A DNA stretch of 64,000 nucleotides, from positions 222,766,001-222,830,000 of the forward strand of contig JBNRSN020000003.1 of the NCBI GenBank assembly GCA_051313645.2, in the 5' to 3' direction. Numbering within the stretch: position 1 is the stretch's first letter; each line of letters opens with the position of its first letter. Below the pieces are notes generated by a model that had not been told where the DNA came from, made no database searches, and saw nothing but the letters and a program-made list of their open reading frames with translations. This DNA is from Centroscyllium fabricii (lineage: Eukaryota). The position numbers were made by a program, and so were the translations under genes. Of this stretch, positions 12,254 through 24,951 are shown piece after piece.

Positions 12254-12265
12254 TCGGGGTCACCA
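12254..12265 (-). promoter_or_regulatory. Primer-binding site complementary to tRNA-Trp 3' end
   Basis: TGGTGACCCCGA 1 nt after the 5' LTR; matches the start of the RSV tRNA-Trp PBS (TGGTGACCCCGACGTGAT). Confidence 0.85.
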
Positions 12266-12585
12266 CTGTAGCGCCGGCAGGCCTAGGAACCACACGTGAG
12301 CCAGAGCTAGAGAAAAACACAGCTTTAATCACTAGTACAAAACAAGAAAGAGGCTGAACCACTCGAGACAGGCATATTTAAACGGTCCCGCGGTTGGTGA
12401 CGTCATCGCGTCGGCCGACGTGATGACGTCGTTGCGTCACCCGGATGAGCGGGGCTTTGCTCCGCGGAGTCCCCATGGCGGATTCGATGTCCCCATGGGC
12501 GTACCGCCACAAGCCTGTAGTTTAGGTAACTACTTTTTTGTGTCAATTTTATTAACTAAATTTTTAAAACCTGGAGAGTAACGCA

Positions 12586-13450
12586 GTGAAACCGGATCAC
12601 CTCGACATAAATCCTCAGGTACCCGAAGCTGCTAACGATTTTGAACACTGGTTTGGCCTGGTCGAGGCCTACATGAAGGCCGTAAAGGCTACGAGTGATG
12701 AGGACAAACTCCAGGTACTCTCATCACAGATCAGCGGCCGGGTGTACTCCTTTATCCGCGGCCTCAAGACTTACGAAGAAGCGGTCAAGAAATTAAAGTA
12801 CTGCTACATGCGCCCGGCCCACTCGGTCTATGCCAGGCATGTTCTAGCGACCAGAAGACAACGACTCGGTGAGTCAAATGAACAATTTCTACTAGCGCTC
12901 CAAGCCCTCGCACGGGCCTGCGACTGCAAGGCAAGGACAGCGGAGGAAGAGGCGAACCTCCTAATCCGTGATGCCTATGCTGGAGCAGGACACACTGTCG
13001 CTCGTGTCCGCGATAACGCTTTCTAACGCGGTGGACGGAGCGCTTCGAAAGCTGGATGCGTACGGAGATCACGGCTCCCACTGTACCCCTGACCCCTGGG
13101 CGACACAGCGACGGGCCGAGGCCCCCACGATGGCTGCAGCGACTGCGAAGACACCGGCGGGGCACAGATGCTACTTCTGCAGCAAAGGAAAGCACCCGCG
13201 GGCGCAGTGCCCCGCGAAGAATGCGACCTGCGCGCGGTGCGCGAAGAAGGGGCACTATGCGAAGATATGCAAGTCCAGCCCAGCCTCCACCTCCAGACCC
13301 AACAGCGCGGCCTGCGAGAATAGCAATGCCACTCCATGGCTCCAGGTACGGTGTTGCAGCGCGACCCAGCAGCGGTTAGCCGGGGGTAAATTGCGGGTGC
13401 CTCAATCCCCTTTAACTGTACGGCGGAGGCCGGCCGCGTGCGCGGCATAG
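12586..13450 (+). pseudogene. gag: gag of host A, frameshifted
   Basis: ORFs 12586-13026 and 12968-13450; two zinc knuckles CYFC..HPRAQC and CARCAKKGHYAKIC. Confidence 0.85.
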
Positions 13451-13713
13451 GCGCCGCCATCTCAAATGCGACCGCGACCGGCCATGTAGGACCCCCGGCG
13501 CCGCCATCTTGTCCACCGCGGTCGGCCGCGTGCGAACCAAGGGCGCCGCCATCTTATCTATAGCGGTCGGCCACATGCGAACCACGGGCGCTGCCATCTT
13601 CTGAGTGGCCATCTTGCCAACCGCCCCGGCCGAGGCCCCAGCTAGCGGAGGGCCCCCACTCACACACATACACTTCGGCCTCAGCCACCGTCGGTCAGGC
13701 TAGGCCGCACACC

Positions 13714-16529
13714 TTGTCCAACTCCATGATGAGGATAAAGGTGGACGGGCACGCCACTAACTGCCTGTTCGACACCGGTAGCACAGAGAGCTTTATACAT
13801 CCCGACACAGTGCGGCGCTGCACAGTGCAGACCCAGCCCACGCACTACGAAGTCTCCCTTGCCTCAAAGTCCCACAGGGCGGACGTCACCGGCTACTGCA
13901 GCGTCACGCTCACGATCAGGGACCGCATTTACCGCAACTTTAAGTTGCACATACTCCAGCAGCTGTGCACCCCAGTCTTACTGGGACTGGATTTCCAGTG
14001 TCACCTGAAGAGCGTGACGATGGATTTCGGTGGAACCCTGGCCCCCCTCACCGTCAGTAGCCGGGGCAATCCCAAATTAATGCGGAGCTCGACTTGCGGC
14101 CTGTCCACATTAAAAGTCGAGCCCCCCTCACTGTTCGCCAATCTCGACCCTAAATGCAAGCCCATTGCTACCAAAAGTCGGCGTTACAGTGCAGGGGACC
14201 GGGCGTTATTCAGGTCGGAGGTCGAGCGCATGCTAAAAGAAGGGATCATTGAGGCCAGCACCAGCCCCTGGCGGACCCAGGTTGTGGTGGTTAACATGGG
14301 CGAGAAACTGCGCATGGTCATCGACTATAGCCAGACGATTAACCGCTACACCGGGCTCGATGCCTACCCCCTCCCCCGCATCTCGGATATGGTAAACCAG
14401 ATCGCCCAGTACGAGGTCTTTTCCACAATCGAACTAATGTCGGCGTATCACCAACTCCCCATCCGGAAATCCGACCGCCAGTACACCGCCTTTGAGGCGA
14501 ACGGCCGGCTTTACCACTTCCTCCGGGTCCCCTTCGGTGTGACCAACTGGGTGTCCGTGTTCCAGAGGGAGATGGACCGCATGGTTGACCAGAACGGGTT
14601 GCAGGCCAACTTCCCCCACTTGGACAACGTGACCATCTGTGGCCATGACCAGCAGGACCACGATGCCAACCTCGCCAAATTCCTGCACACGGCGAAACGG
14701 CTGGACCTAACATACAATAAAGACAAGTGTGTCTTTAGTACGGATCGGCTCGCTATCCTCGGATACGTGGTGGAAAACGGGGTCCTCGGCACCGACCCAC
14801 AGCGTATGCGCACCTTGCAAGTGCTGCCCTTACCTCACAACCCCAAAGCCCTGAGGAGATGTCTAGGGTTCTTTTCTTATTACACGCAATGGGTCCCCCA
14901 GTACGTGGATAAGGCCAGACCGCTCCTCAAGGCCGATGTCTTCCCCTTCTCGGCCGATCCCAAACGGCATTCACCCAGATCAAGGAAGACATCATTAAGG
15001 CGACCATGCACGCCGCTGATGAGTCCATTCCCTTCCAGATGGAGAGTGATGCTTTGGACTTCACTCTTGCCGCCACCCTGACCCAGGCAGGCATGCCCGT
15101 AGCGTTCTTCTCCCGGACCCTACAGGGACCCGAAACTCGCCAGTCAGCGGTGGAAAAGGAGGCCCAGGCCATCGTGGAGGCAGTGCGCTACTGGCGTCAT
15201 TACCTGGCCGGTAAGCATTTTACCCTGCTCACTGACCAACGGTTGGTGGCATTTATGTTTAACAATAAACAACGGGGTAAAATCAAGAATGATAAGATCC
15301 TTTGGTGGCGGATCGAACTCTCGACTTACGAGTATGACATTCTTTACCGTCCAGGCAAGCTCAACGAACGCCCGGACGTACTGTCCAGGGGAACGTGCGC
15401 CAGCGCCCTGCTTGACTGGCTGAAGGCCCTCTACGATTGCCTCTGCCACCCGGGTGTCACCAGACTCGCCCACTTCGTCAAATCCCGTAGCCTCCCCTAC
15501 TCCATCACGGAGATAAATGCTATGACCAAAGAGTGCCCTGTCTGTGCCGACTGCAAACCCCAATTCTATAGGCCAGACACGGCGCATGTCATCAAGGCCA
15601 CCCGGCCCTTTGAACGCCTGAGCGTGGACTTCAAAGGCCCCCTCCCCTCCACTGACCGCAACACGTATTTCCATACGGTCATAGATGAGTTCTCACGCTT
15701 CCCCTTTGCCTTCGCCTGCCCAGACATGACGAGCGCAACGGTGATCAAACACTTCACCACGCTGTTCGCCATTTTCGGTCTGCCCAGCTACATCCATAGT
15801 GATCGGGGGTCGTCATTCATGAGCGACGAACTGCGTCAGTTCCTGCTTCAGAAAGGGGTTGCCTCAAGCAGAACAACCAGTTACAACCCCCGGGGGAACG
15901 GCCAGGTAGAAAGGGAGAACGGGACCATCTGGAAGGCGGTCAACCTGGTCCTGAATTCCAGAGGCCTTCCAGTCTCCCGTTGGCAGGAGGTCCTCCCAGA
16001 CGCGCTCCATGCCATCCGCTCTCTGCTGCGTACCGCCACTAACTCCACACCTCATGACCTGTTGTTTTCCTTCCCCTGGAAGTCGACGTCGAGGACGGCA
16101 CTTCCGCTGTGGCTCACAGTGCAGTGACCAGTATTGCTTAAGAAGCACGTCCGCGGCCACAAGACCGACCCCCTGGTGGAACGGGTGCACCTGCTCCATG
16201 CCAACCCACAATATGCTTATGTGGCATTCCCGGACGGGCGCGAGGATACAGTCTCGATCAGGGACCTGGCGCCCGCCGGGAGCACTCGGGCAGAACCCCT
16301 GGTCGAGCCTCAGCTCACCCAGCCACCACCCGCCGAATACTGGCCCCCATATACACACACACTGGGGCCCTCAACACCACCGATCGACAACCCTGGATCG
16401 GACACCGCACCGCTGGCACCGTTGTTGGACAGCTCAATCCCGGTCCTGCAACCAGCACCACCATCGCCGGCACCCCGGCGGTCCCCCAGGCAGACGCGAC
16501 CACCGGAGAGACTGATAACGCAATGCTAA
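13714..16529 (+). pseudogene. pol: pol of host A (PR-RT-RH-IN), disrupted
   Basis: LFDTGS protease, RVPFGV RT, integrase SVDFKGP/HSDRG/GNGQVER; split into ORFs 13714-15081, 15006-16127 and 16134-16529. Confidence 0.9.
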
Positions 16530-16849
16530 TTGATTATGGACATATAGAGATCTTTTCTTTCACCCGAAGGCACGTTCACCCCATCGGACTTGTTTTTAAA
16601 GAAGGGGTGAATGTGGTAATCGTGTAATATACCACTGTAAATAGTTGCTGGTTTGCCTGTACTGTATTGTAGGCCAGGTCAGCCACACGCCTAAATCCTC
16701 CACTCAGGTCGGAGCATATAGGTGAGTGCTGCCCTGCCCCCGCTCATTCTTCACCTTGACCTCATCAGGAGACCAGCTCCATTCTTAGTTAATAAAAGCC
16801 TGTAGTTTAGGTAACTACTCGTCTTTGTGTATTAATTGACGATATGTCA

Positions 16850-17025
16850 TTGAGTATATTCAAAGCTGAGATAGATTGATTTTTGGACTCTAGGAGAATC
16901 AAGGGATATGGGGATTGGGCAAGAAAGCAGAGTTGAGGTTGAAGGTTAACCATGATCTTATTGAATGGCAGAGCAGGCTCAAAGGGCCCTATGGCCTACT
17001 CCTGCTCGTAATTCTTATGTTCTAA
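16850..17025 (+). mobile_element. 3' end of the CR1 interrupted at 7875
   Basis: GAATGGCAGAGCAGGCTC...CCTACTCCTGCTC 3' UTR and tail. Confidence 0.85.
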
Positions 17026-17099
17026 TGAGATTCACCACTTGTTTCCTCAATCCTCACTCCACTCAACCTCTGACCACCCAACTCTAATTCATGGCCCCA

Positions 17100-18000
17100 C
17101 TCCTCTTCAAAACTAATGTTATCTCCCCTTATATAAAAAAAAATTCCTCAATCCTTCCATCCTCACCAACTATTGTTCCATCAGCAAGCACCCTTTGTTG
17201 TCTCATATTAAACGCATTACTGCACCCAGATCTGTATCTGTCTCTTTAACTTCCTGCTCAAATTCTCTAGTCTGGAATCCACTCTTGTCACAATATCAAA
17301 ATGGCCTCAATCAAAGTCACAAATGGGATCCTCTAAGTCTACTCACCCTTTTTGACCTCTTTGGGGAATTTGACATTATTGAATCACCTTCTCAATTGCC
17401 TTTCCTTCATTGTCTAGCTACATGGGACTGCCCTTATGTGATCTTGCTCCTACCTATTTGAATGTAGCCAAAGCAACTTCAACAATGCATTATCTACCGT
17501 CATGCACACCATGAACTCTGACATGACTCAGGTAGCTATCATTGCCCCCCCCTTCGTTACACTGCCACTTGTTGCTATCATCTGCAAACATGGGGTCTGC
17601 TTCCACATGTATGCCAATAACATCCAACTCTACCTCCTATCCATCAGAAAGACTGCTCTGCTGTTCCTACCTCACCATCACCACTGAGACCTTCATATAT
17701 GCCCATGTCACCTTTGAACCTAACTGTCTCAACTCTCCCTGCCTGTCTTCCATCCTCTACCTTTATAAACTTCAACTTATCCAATACTCTGCTGCCCATA
17801 TCTTTAACCATGCTAAGTACTGCTCACTTATCGGCCCCATTGTCGCAGGCTTACTCAAGGGTCCCATCCCGCAATGTGTCAAATTTAAATACCTTGTCCT
17901 CGTCATTAATTCCCTCCATGATTTCTATATTCCTGCTGAAAACTCTGTTTTACTGACTTTCACCTCTTAGACATCCCCCCGCTTCCTTCACTCCACCGAT
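17100..18000 (+). mobile_element. Old, highly decayed L2-like LINE
   Basis: IICKHGVCFHMYANNIQLY (YADD-like) and KLQLIQYSAAHI peptides typical of L2 RT. Confidence 0.6.
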
Positions 18001-18027
18001 CAACCCAGCAACTAACTGAGTGCAGCA

Positions 18028-19643
18028 TTATGTATTGACAGGGAGGAGGTACTAGCGGTTCTAGCAGGCTTAAAAGTGGATAAGTCTCCAGGCCCTGACG
18101 AAATGTATCCCAGGCTGCTGGGTGAGGCTAAGGAAAAGATTGCAAATTTTCAGAACCTCTCTGGCCACAGGGGATGTGCCGGAGGACTGGAGAATGGCCA
18201 ATGTTGTGCCATTATTCAAAAAAGGTAGTAGGGAGAAACCAGGGAATTACAGGCCGGTGAGCCTGACATCAGTGGTGGGGAAATTACTATAAAGAATCCT
18301 GAGGGACAAAATTAGTCTCCACTTGGAGAGGCAAGAATTAATTAAGGATAGTCAGCATGGCTTCGTCAAGGGAAGATCGTGTCTGACTAATTTGATTGAA
18401 TTTTTTGAAGGGGTGACCAGGTGTGTGGATGAGGGTAGTGCAGTGGACGTGGTATACATGGATTTTAGTAAGGCTTTTGATAAGGTCCCGCATAGGAGAC
18501 TGGTCAAGAAGGTAAGAGCCCATGGGATCCAGGGCACCTTGGCACAGTGGATCCAAAACTGGCTTAGTGACAGGAGGCAGAGGGTGATGGTCGAAGGTTG
18601 TTTTTGTGACTGGAAGCCTGTGTCCAGTGGGGTACCGCAGGGATCGGTGTTGGGTCCCTTGCTGGTTGTAGTCTATATTAACGATTTAGATATTAATGTA
18701 AAAGGCATGATCAGTAAGTTTGCAGATGAAACAAAAGTTGGGGGGGTTGGTAAATACTGAGGAGGAAATCCTCAACATGCAGGACGACATAGATGAGTTG
18801 GTCAGATGGGCGGAACAGTGGCAAATGGAATTTAATCCTGAAAAGTGTGAGGTGATGCATTTTGGTAGGTCTAACATGGCAAGGGAATACACCATGAATG
18901 GTAGGATGCTAGGGAAGGCAGAGGATCAGAGGGACCTTGGTGTGCAGGTACATAGGTCCCTGAAGGCAGCAGGACAGGTGGATAAGGTGTTTAAAAAGGC
19001 ATATGGGATACTTGCCTTCATTAGCTGAGGCATAGAGTATAAGAGTAGGGAGGTTATGATGGAGCTGTACAAAACGCTGGTAAGGCCACAGCTGGAGTAC
19101 TGTGTGCGGTACTGGTCGCCACACTACAGGAAGGATGTAATAGCTTTGGAGAGGGTGCAGAGGAGATTCACCAGGATGCTGCCTGAGCTGGGGAGCTTCA
19201 GCTATGAAGAGAGAATGGAGAGGCTGGGGTTGTTTTCCTTGGAGCAGAGGAGGCTGAGGGGGGACCTGGTTGAGGTGTACAAAATTATGAGGGGAATAGA
19301 TAGGGTGGATGGAGTGGAACTTTTTCCCTTGGTTGAGGGGTCAATAACTAGGGGGCATAATTTCAGGGTAAGGGGTAGGAGGTATCGTGGTGATGTGAGG
19401 AAGAACTTTTTCACCCAGAGGGTGGTTGGAGTCTGGAACTCACTGCCTGAGAGGGTGGTAGAGGCGGGAACCCTCACAACATTCAAGAAGCATTTGGATG
19501 ATCACTTGAAATGCCACAGCATACAAGGCTACGGACCAAATGCGGGAAAATGGGACTAGTATAGACTGGGATTGATGGGCGGCACGGACGCGATGGGCCG
19601 AAGGGCCTCTTTCTGTGCTGTATTACTCTATGACTCTATGACT
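18028..19643 (+). mobile_element. CR1 LINE, 5'-truncated
   Basis: ORFs 18323-18760, 18720-19028 and 19056-19559 (QHGFVKGRSCLTNL, DFSKAFD, PQGSVLGP); (ACTCTATG)n tail. Confidence 0.92.
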
Positions 19644-20384
19644 AAGGAACCCTAGGAAAATTGAAGTTAATGGGAATTGGGGGGAAACTCTCCACTGGCA
19701 GGAGTCAGCACAAAGAAAGATGGTTTTGGATGTTGGAGGTCAATCATCTCAGCCCCAGGATATCACTGCAGGAGTTCCTCAGAAAAGTGTCCTTCGCCAA
19801 ACCACCTTCAGCTGCTTCATCAATAGCCTTTTCTCCATCATAAGGTCAGAAATGGGGATATTTGCTGATGATTGCAGTGTTCAGTTCTATTCGCAACTCC
19901 TCAGATAATGAAGCAGTCCTTGCCCACATCCAACAAGACCTCGACAACATTCAGGCTTAGGCTGATAAGTGGCAGGTAACATTCATGCCACACAAGTGCC
20001 AGGCAATGACGATCTCCAACAAGCAAGAGTCTAACCACCACCCCTTGACATTCAACGGCATTACCATCACCGAATCCCCCACCATCAACATCCAGGGGGC
20101 TTACCATTGACAGGAAACTTAACTGGACCAGCCACATAAATATTGTGACTACAGGAGCAGGTCACTGCCTTAAACATTCTCTCCTTCCACCACCGGCGTA
20201 CCGTGGCTGCAGTGTGTACCATCAACAAGATGCACTGCAGCAACTTGCCACGGCTTCTTCGGCAGCACCTCCCAAACCTGTGACCTCTACCACCTAGAAG
20301 GACAAGGGCAACAGGTGCATGGGAACACCATCACCTCCAAGTTCCCCTCCAAGTTACTCGGCAACCTGACTTGGAAATATATTG
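19644..20384 (+). mobile_element. CR1-group LINE (second family) fragment; 3' end resumes at 25018-25195
   Basis: Same family as 4843-6430; GAAATATRTTG duplicated at 20374-20384 and 25018-25028. Confidence 0.8.
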
Positions 20385-20481
20385 ATAGCAAAATACTGCG
20401 GATGCTGGAAATCCGAAATAACAACAGAAAATGCTGGAAAAACTCAGCAGGCCAGGGCAGCATCTGTGGAGAGAGAAACAG

Positions 20482-20518
20482 AGTCAACGTTTCAGGTCGA
20501 CGACCTCTCATCAAAACT
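20482..20518 (-). ncRNA. Minimal type I hammerhead ribozyme motif (Penelope terminus), C3 mutated
   Basis: AGTT-TTGATGA-GAGGTCGTCGACCT-GAAA-CG-TT-GACT. Confidence 0.55.
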
Positions 20519-21984
20519 GGAAAAAGCAGGAAATGGAAAGCAGGTTTGGAGCCTGGGAAAAGGGGAGGGGATAAAAGAACAAAAGGGAAGGTCAGTGATA
20601 GGATAGAAAGCAAGAGAGATTAAGAGACATTGAGAGACATTAAGAGATCTTCAAGGTGAGAGAAGGTGGTGATAGGATAGGTTAAGGAACAAAGGATGGC
20701 TCTAGATGGGTTGTGAATTGCACTGGCACAATGAAGGACAGCTGCCATGTGGGAGGGAAGAAGAAAAGGCCAAGCAAAAGTGTGGATAAAAAAAGAAAAT
20801 ATGTGATAGGGGCCGGAGATATGACCTGAAATTGTTGAACTCTATGTTTAGTCCAGAGGGCTGTAGAGTGCCTAAGCGAAAGATGAGGTGCTTTTCCGCG
20901 AGCTTACGCTGAGCTTCCGTGGAACAGTGCAAGAGGCCAAAGATGGTGAGATCTGAGTGGGAAAGGAGTGGCGAATTAAAGTGACAGGCCACCGGGAGCT
21001 CCGAGTCCTCCTTACAGACTGAACGGGGGTGTTACGCAAAGCGGTCACCCAATATGCGTTTGGTTTCCCCAGTGTAGAGGAGACCACATTGTGAGCAGCG
21101 AATACAGTATACTAAATTGCAAGAAGTACAAGTAAATCGCTGTTTCACCTGGAAGGGGTGTTTGGGGCCCTGGACAATGGGAAGGGTGGAGGTATAAGGG
21201 CATGTGTTGCATCTCCTGCGCTTGCACAGGAAGGTGCCGGGTGAAGAGGAAGGGGTGCTGGGGGTGGTTGAGGAGTGGACTAGGGTGTCGCAGAGGGAGC
21301 GGTCCCTTCGGAATGCTAAAAGGAGAGGTGAGAGAATGATGCGTTTGGTGGTGGATCACGTTGGAGGTGGCGGAAATGGCGGAGGATGATCCGTTGAATG
21401 TGAAGGCTGGAGGGGTGAAAGGTGAGGACAGGGGAACCCTATCGTGGTTCTGGTAGGGAGAGGAAGGGGTGAGAGCAGAAGTGCAGGAAGTAGAAAGGGT
21501 CGTGCTGTTGTTTGGCGAACCGACCTCTGCTAGCGGAAGCTGAATGCCAACTCTTCGACACCTCCTCCTACCTCCACCTGGACCATGACCCCACTACCGA
21601 ACATCAAACCACCGTTTACAAGACTGTCACTGACCTCATCTCCTCTGGACATCTTCCCCCCACGGTCACCAACCTCATAGTTCCCCAACCCCACACAGCC
21701 CACTTCTACCTCCTTCGCAAGATCCACAAACAGAACTGCCCTGGTAGACCCATCGTTTCAGCCTGTTCTTGCCCCATGGAACTTATCTCTTCCTATCTCA
21801 ACTCTATTTTCGCTCCCATTGTCCAGTCTCTTCCCACCTACATCCGTGACTCTTCCGATGCCCTCCGCCACTTTAACAGTTTCCAGTTACCCGGCACCAA
21901 CTGCCTCCTTTTCACTATGGAAGTACAATCACTCTACACCTCCATCCCCCACCAGAATAGCTTGAGGGCACTCTGCTTCTTCCT

Positions 21985-24328
21985 TGATAAAGTGGCAGGT
22001 AACGACCACACCTTTTAGATTGTTACCACCATCAGGTAACGATCAAGGCCATCGCAACCGAACCGACACCAAAGACCATCAACCGCAACCCAACCATGAC
22101 GAAATCAGTGACCAACACCACCAGAAGAACAAAACCAGGGCCTGATAATCTACATCCTAGGGTACTTAATGAAGTAGCCCGAGAAATAGTGGATGCATTA
22201 CATATTATCTTCCAGCAATCGATGGAATCTGGAATTGTGCCCATGGATTGGAGGGTGGCTAATGTTACCCCACTATTCAAAAAGGGTGGTAGGGAGAAAG
22301 CGGGAAATTACAGATCAGTAAGCCTGACATCGGTAGTGGGGAAGATGCTGGAGTCCATAATAAAGGATGTAATAGCTGAGCACTTGAAAATCAGTGGCAG
22401 GATCGGACAAAGTCAACATGGATTTACAAAAGGTAAATCGTGCTTGACTAATCTACTGGAATTTTTTGAGGATGTAACTGGGAAAATTGATCAGGGAGAA
22501 CCATTAGATGTGGTGTACTTAGACTTTCAGAAGGCGTTCGATAAGGTCCCGCACAAGAGATTAGCATGTAAAGTTAGGGCACATGGGATTGGGGGCAAGG
22601 TATTGACTTGGATTGAGAATTGGTTGGCGGACAGAAAGCAGAGAGTAGGAGTAAATGGGTCTTTTTCCGAGTGCAGGCAGTGACTAGTGGGGTACCACAG
22701 GGATCAGTCGTGGGACCCCAACTATTCACAATATACATTAATGATTTAGAATAAGCAACTAAATGTAATGTCTCCAAGTTTGCAGATGACACAAAGCTGG
22801 GACGGCGTGTGTGCTGCGAGGAGGATACCAGGAAGCTCCAGGATGATTTGGACAGGTTGGGCGGGTGGGCTGAGACGTGGCAGATGCAGTATAATGTGGA
22901 TAAATGCGAGGTTATCCACTTTGGGGGCAAAAACAGAAATGACGACTATTATCTGAATGGCAATAGATTGGGAGAAGGGGAAATACAACGAGACCTGGGT
23001 GTCCTTGTGCACCAGTCACTGAAGGTGAGCATGCAGGTGCAGCAGGCAGTTAAGAAGGCAAATGGTATGTTGGCCTTCATAGCGAAAGGGTTCGCGTACA
23101 GGAACAGGGAGCTCTTGCTGCAGTTGTACAGGGCCTCGGTGAGACCACACCTCGAGTACTGTGTGCAATTTTGGTCTCCTTATCTAAGGAAGGATGTTCT
23201 TGCCATGGGGGAAGTGCAGAGAAGATTCACCAGGCTGATACCTGGGATGGCAGGAATGACGTATGAGGAGAGATTGGGTCGATTGGGCTTATATTCGCTG
23301 GAGTTTAGAAGATTGAGAGGGGATCTCCTCGAAAGTAATAAAATTCTAATTGGTCTGGACAAACTTGATGCAGGAAGAATGTTCCCGATGATCGGAGAGT
23401 CCAGAACCAGGGGTCATAGTCTAAATATAAGGGGTAATTCATTTAGGACAGAGATGAGGAGGAATTTCTTCACCCAAAGAGTGGTGAATCTGTGGAATTC
23501 TCTACCACAGAGGGCGGTGGAGGCTAGTTCATTGAATATATTCAAGAAGGAGCTGGATGTATTTCTTAAGGCTAGAGGGATCAAGGGATATGGGGAGAAG
23601 GCAGGGACAGGGTACTGAGTTTGGATGATCAGCCATGATCTCATTGAATGGCGGAGCAGGCTCGAGGGGCCCAATGGCCTACTCCTGCTCCTATCTTCTA
23701 TGTTCTATGTTTTTCTATGTTTTCTAAAACCCGAAGTTTCCGGTCTACAATCTGAAAGTACCCGGTAAAAACATTACTCTCCCTATTGCTAGCGGAGAAA
23801 AGTGGGTACTCACCAGATAAATCCATAACCGCACCCGACCGCATCAGCGGACTCCACCCAACTGAAGAACCTTGCGCAGATTCTAAGAGGGAGACCATGT
23901 GGAGGTGGCAGGCTCCAAAGGACACAAAATGCAAACCCCAAAACGCAACCGCCTGTAACAAAATCCTTGCTTGATGAGCATGAATCCCTGGTCTTTCTAG
24001 TGCAATTTAGGGGTGGGACAAGGGTAAGGGGGATTATTAAATATGATTTTCCCCTCGTTGTGCTGTGTGTTCCGCATTCCAAACAAATGTACTTTTGAGC
24101 ATCTGTAATTTACTCCTGTAATTTAAAGTAACTTTTCTCTGTTATTAGTTTTGTAGTGTGACTCTAAAATAAAAGCAGTTTTCTTGCACCAAACCTGTTG
24201 TCTACTCCAATTTTGTATCACAAAACCTGTACCTAAGTCCAGTGTCTCGAACCTCAGGGGCGTGGGAGCGATTTGAACCGCTCAGGCAGTCAGAGGCAAA
24301 AGCTGACCCACAGGCCACCCCCACTACA
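21985..24328 (+). mobile_element. Probable ERV-like LTR remnant (21985-22136 + 23725-24328) split by a CR1
   Basis: AATAAA near 24168; ends CCCCACTACA like the LTR ending at 55341; AAAACC on both sides of the inserted CR1. Confidence 0.45.
22137..23724 (+). mobile_element. CR1/HER1-like LINE, 5'-truncated
   Basis: ORFs 22096-22683 and 22809-23618; conserved 3' UTR and TTCTATG tail. Confidence 0.92.
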
Positions 24329-24914
24329 GGCCTCTTGCATTGTTCCACTGAAGCTCAGCGTAAGCTCGAGGAACAGCACCTCATCTATCGATTAGGTACT
24401 CTACAGTCCTCTGGACTCAACATTGAGTTCAACAATTTCAGATCGTAACTCTGTCCCCTATCACATATATATATTTTCTTCTTTTTTTTAATCCACAATT
24501 GATGTTTATGCTCTTTTTCTTCTTCCCTCCCACATGGCAGCTGCCCTTCATTCTGCCAGTGCAATTCACAACCCATCCAGAGCCATCCTTTCATAATATA
24601 ATAGCAAAATAGGGCAGATGCTGGACATCTGAAATAACAACAGAAAATGCTGGAAATACTCAGCGGGCCAGGTAGCATCTGTGGAGAGAGAAACAGAGTT
24701 AATGTTTCAGGTCTGGGACCCTTCATCGGAACCATCCTTTGTTCCTTAACCTGTCCCATTACCACCTCCTCTCGCATTGAATATCTCTTAATGCCTCTCA
24801 ATGTCTCTTAATCTCTCCTGCTTTCTATCCTATCACTGACCTTCCCTTATGTTCTTTCATCTCCTCCCCCTTTTCCCAGCCCACAAACCTACTTTCCATT
24901 TCCTGCTTTTTTCC

Positions 24915-24951
24915 AGTTCTGACGAAAGGTCATCCACCTGAAACATTGACT
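24915..24951 (+). ncRNA. Minimal hammerhead ribozyme motif (Penelope terminus)
   Basis: AGTT-CTGACGA-AAGGTCATCCACCT-GAAA-CA-TT-GACT; a related inverted copy lies at 24697-24733. Confidence 0.6.

Larger units (their letters stand above)
8065..12511 (-). mobile_element. CsRn1-clade Gypsy retrotransposon, full length, nested in the 5' LTR of host A
   Basis: 245-bp LTRs 8065-8309 and 12267-12511; 4-bp TSD AGCC; PBS TGGTGACCCCGA (tRNA-Trp); CHCC Gag motif CYHHTRFEHKAHRCVQPC. Confidence 0.93.
7876..16849 (+). mobile_element. Gypsy LTR retrotransposon (two-CCHC Gag, Mag-like), full length but degenerate; host element A
   Basis: 5' LTR 7876-8064 + 12512-12545; 3' LTR 16612-16849 (TG...CA); 5-bp TSD TTGAG (7871-7875, 16850-16854); PPT AAAGAAGGGGTGAA; gag, PR, RT, RH and IN pieces. 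Confidence 0.93.

Noticed and set aside
13408-13414. In-frame slippery heptamer C CCT TTA before the gag stop, with pol in the -1 frame
   Set aside because: The AACxxxAPPS peptide repeat occurs in both frames and the -1 frame has a stop at 13561, so decay of a single ORF explains it equally well
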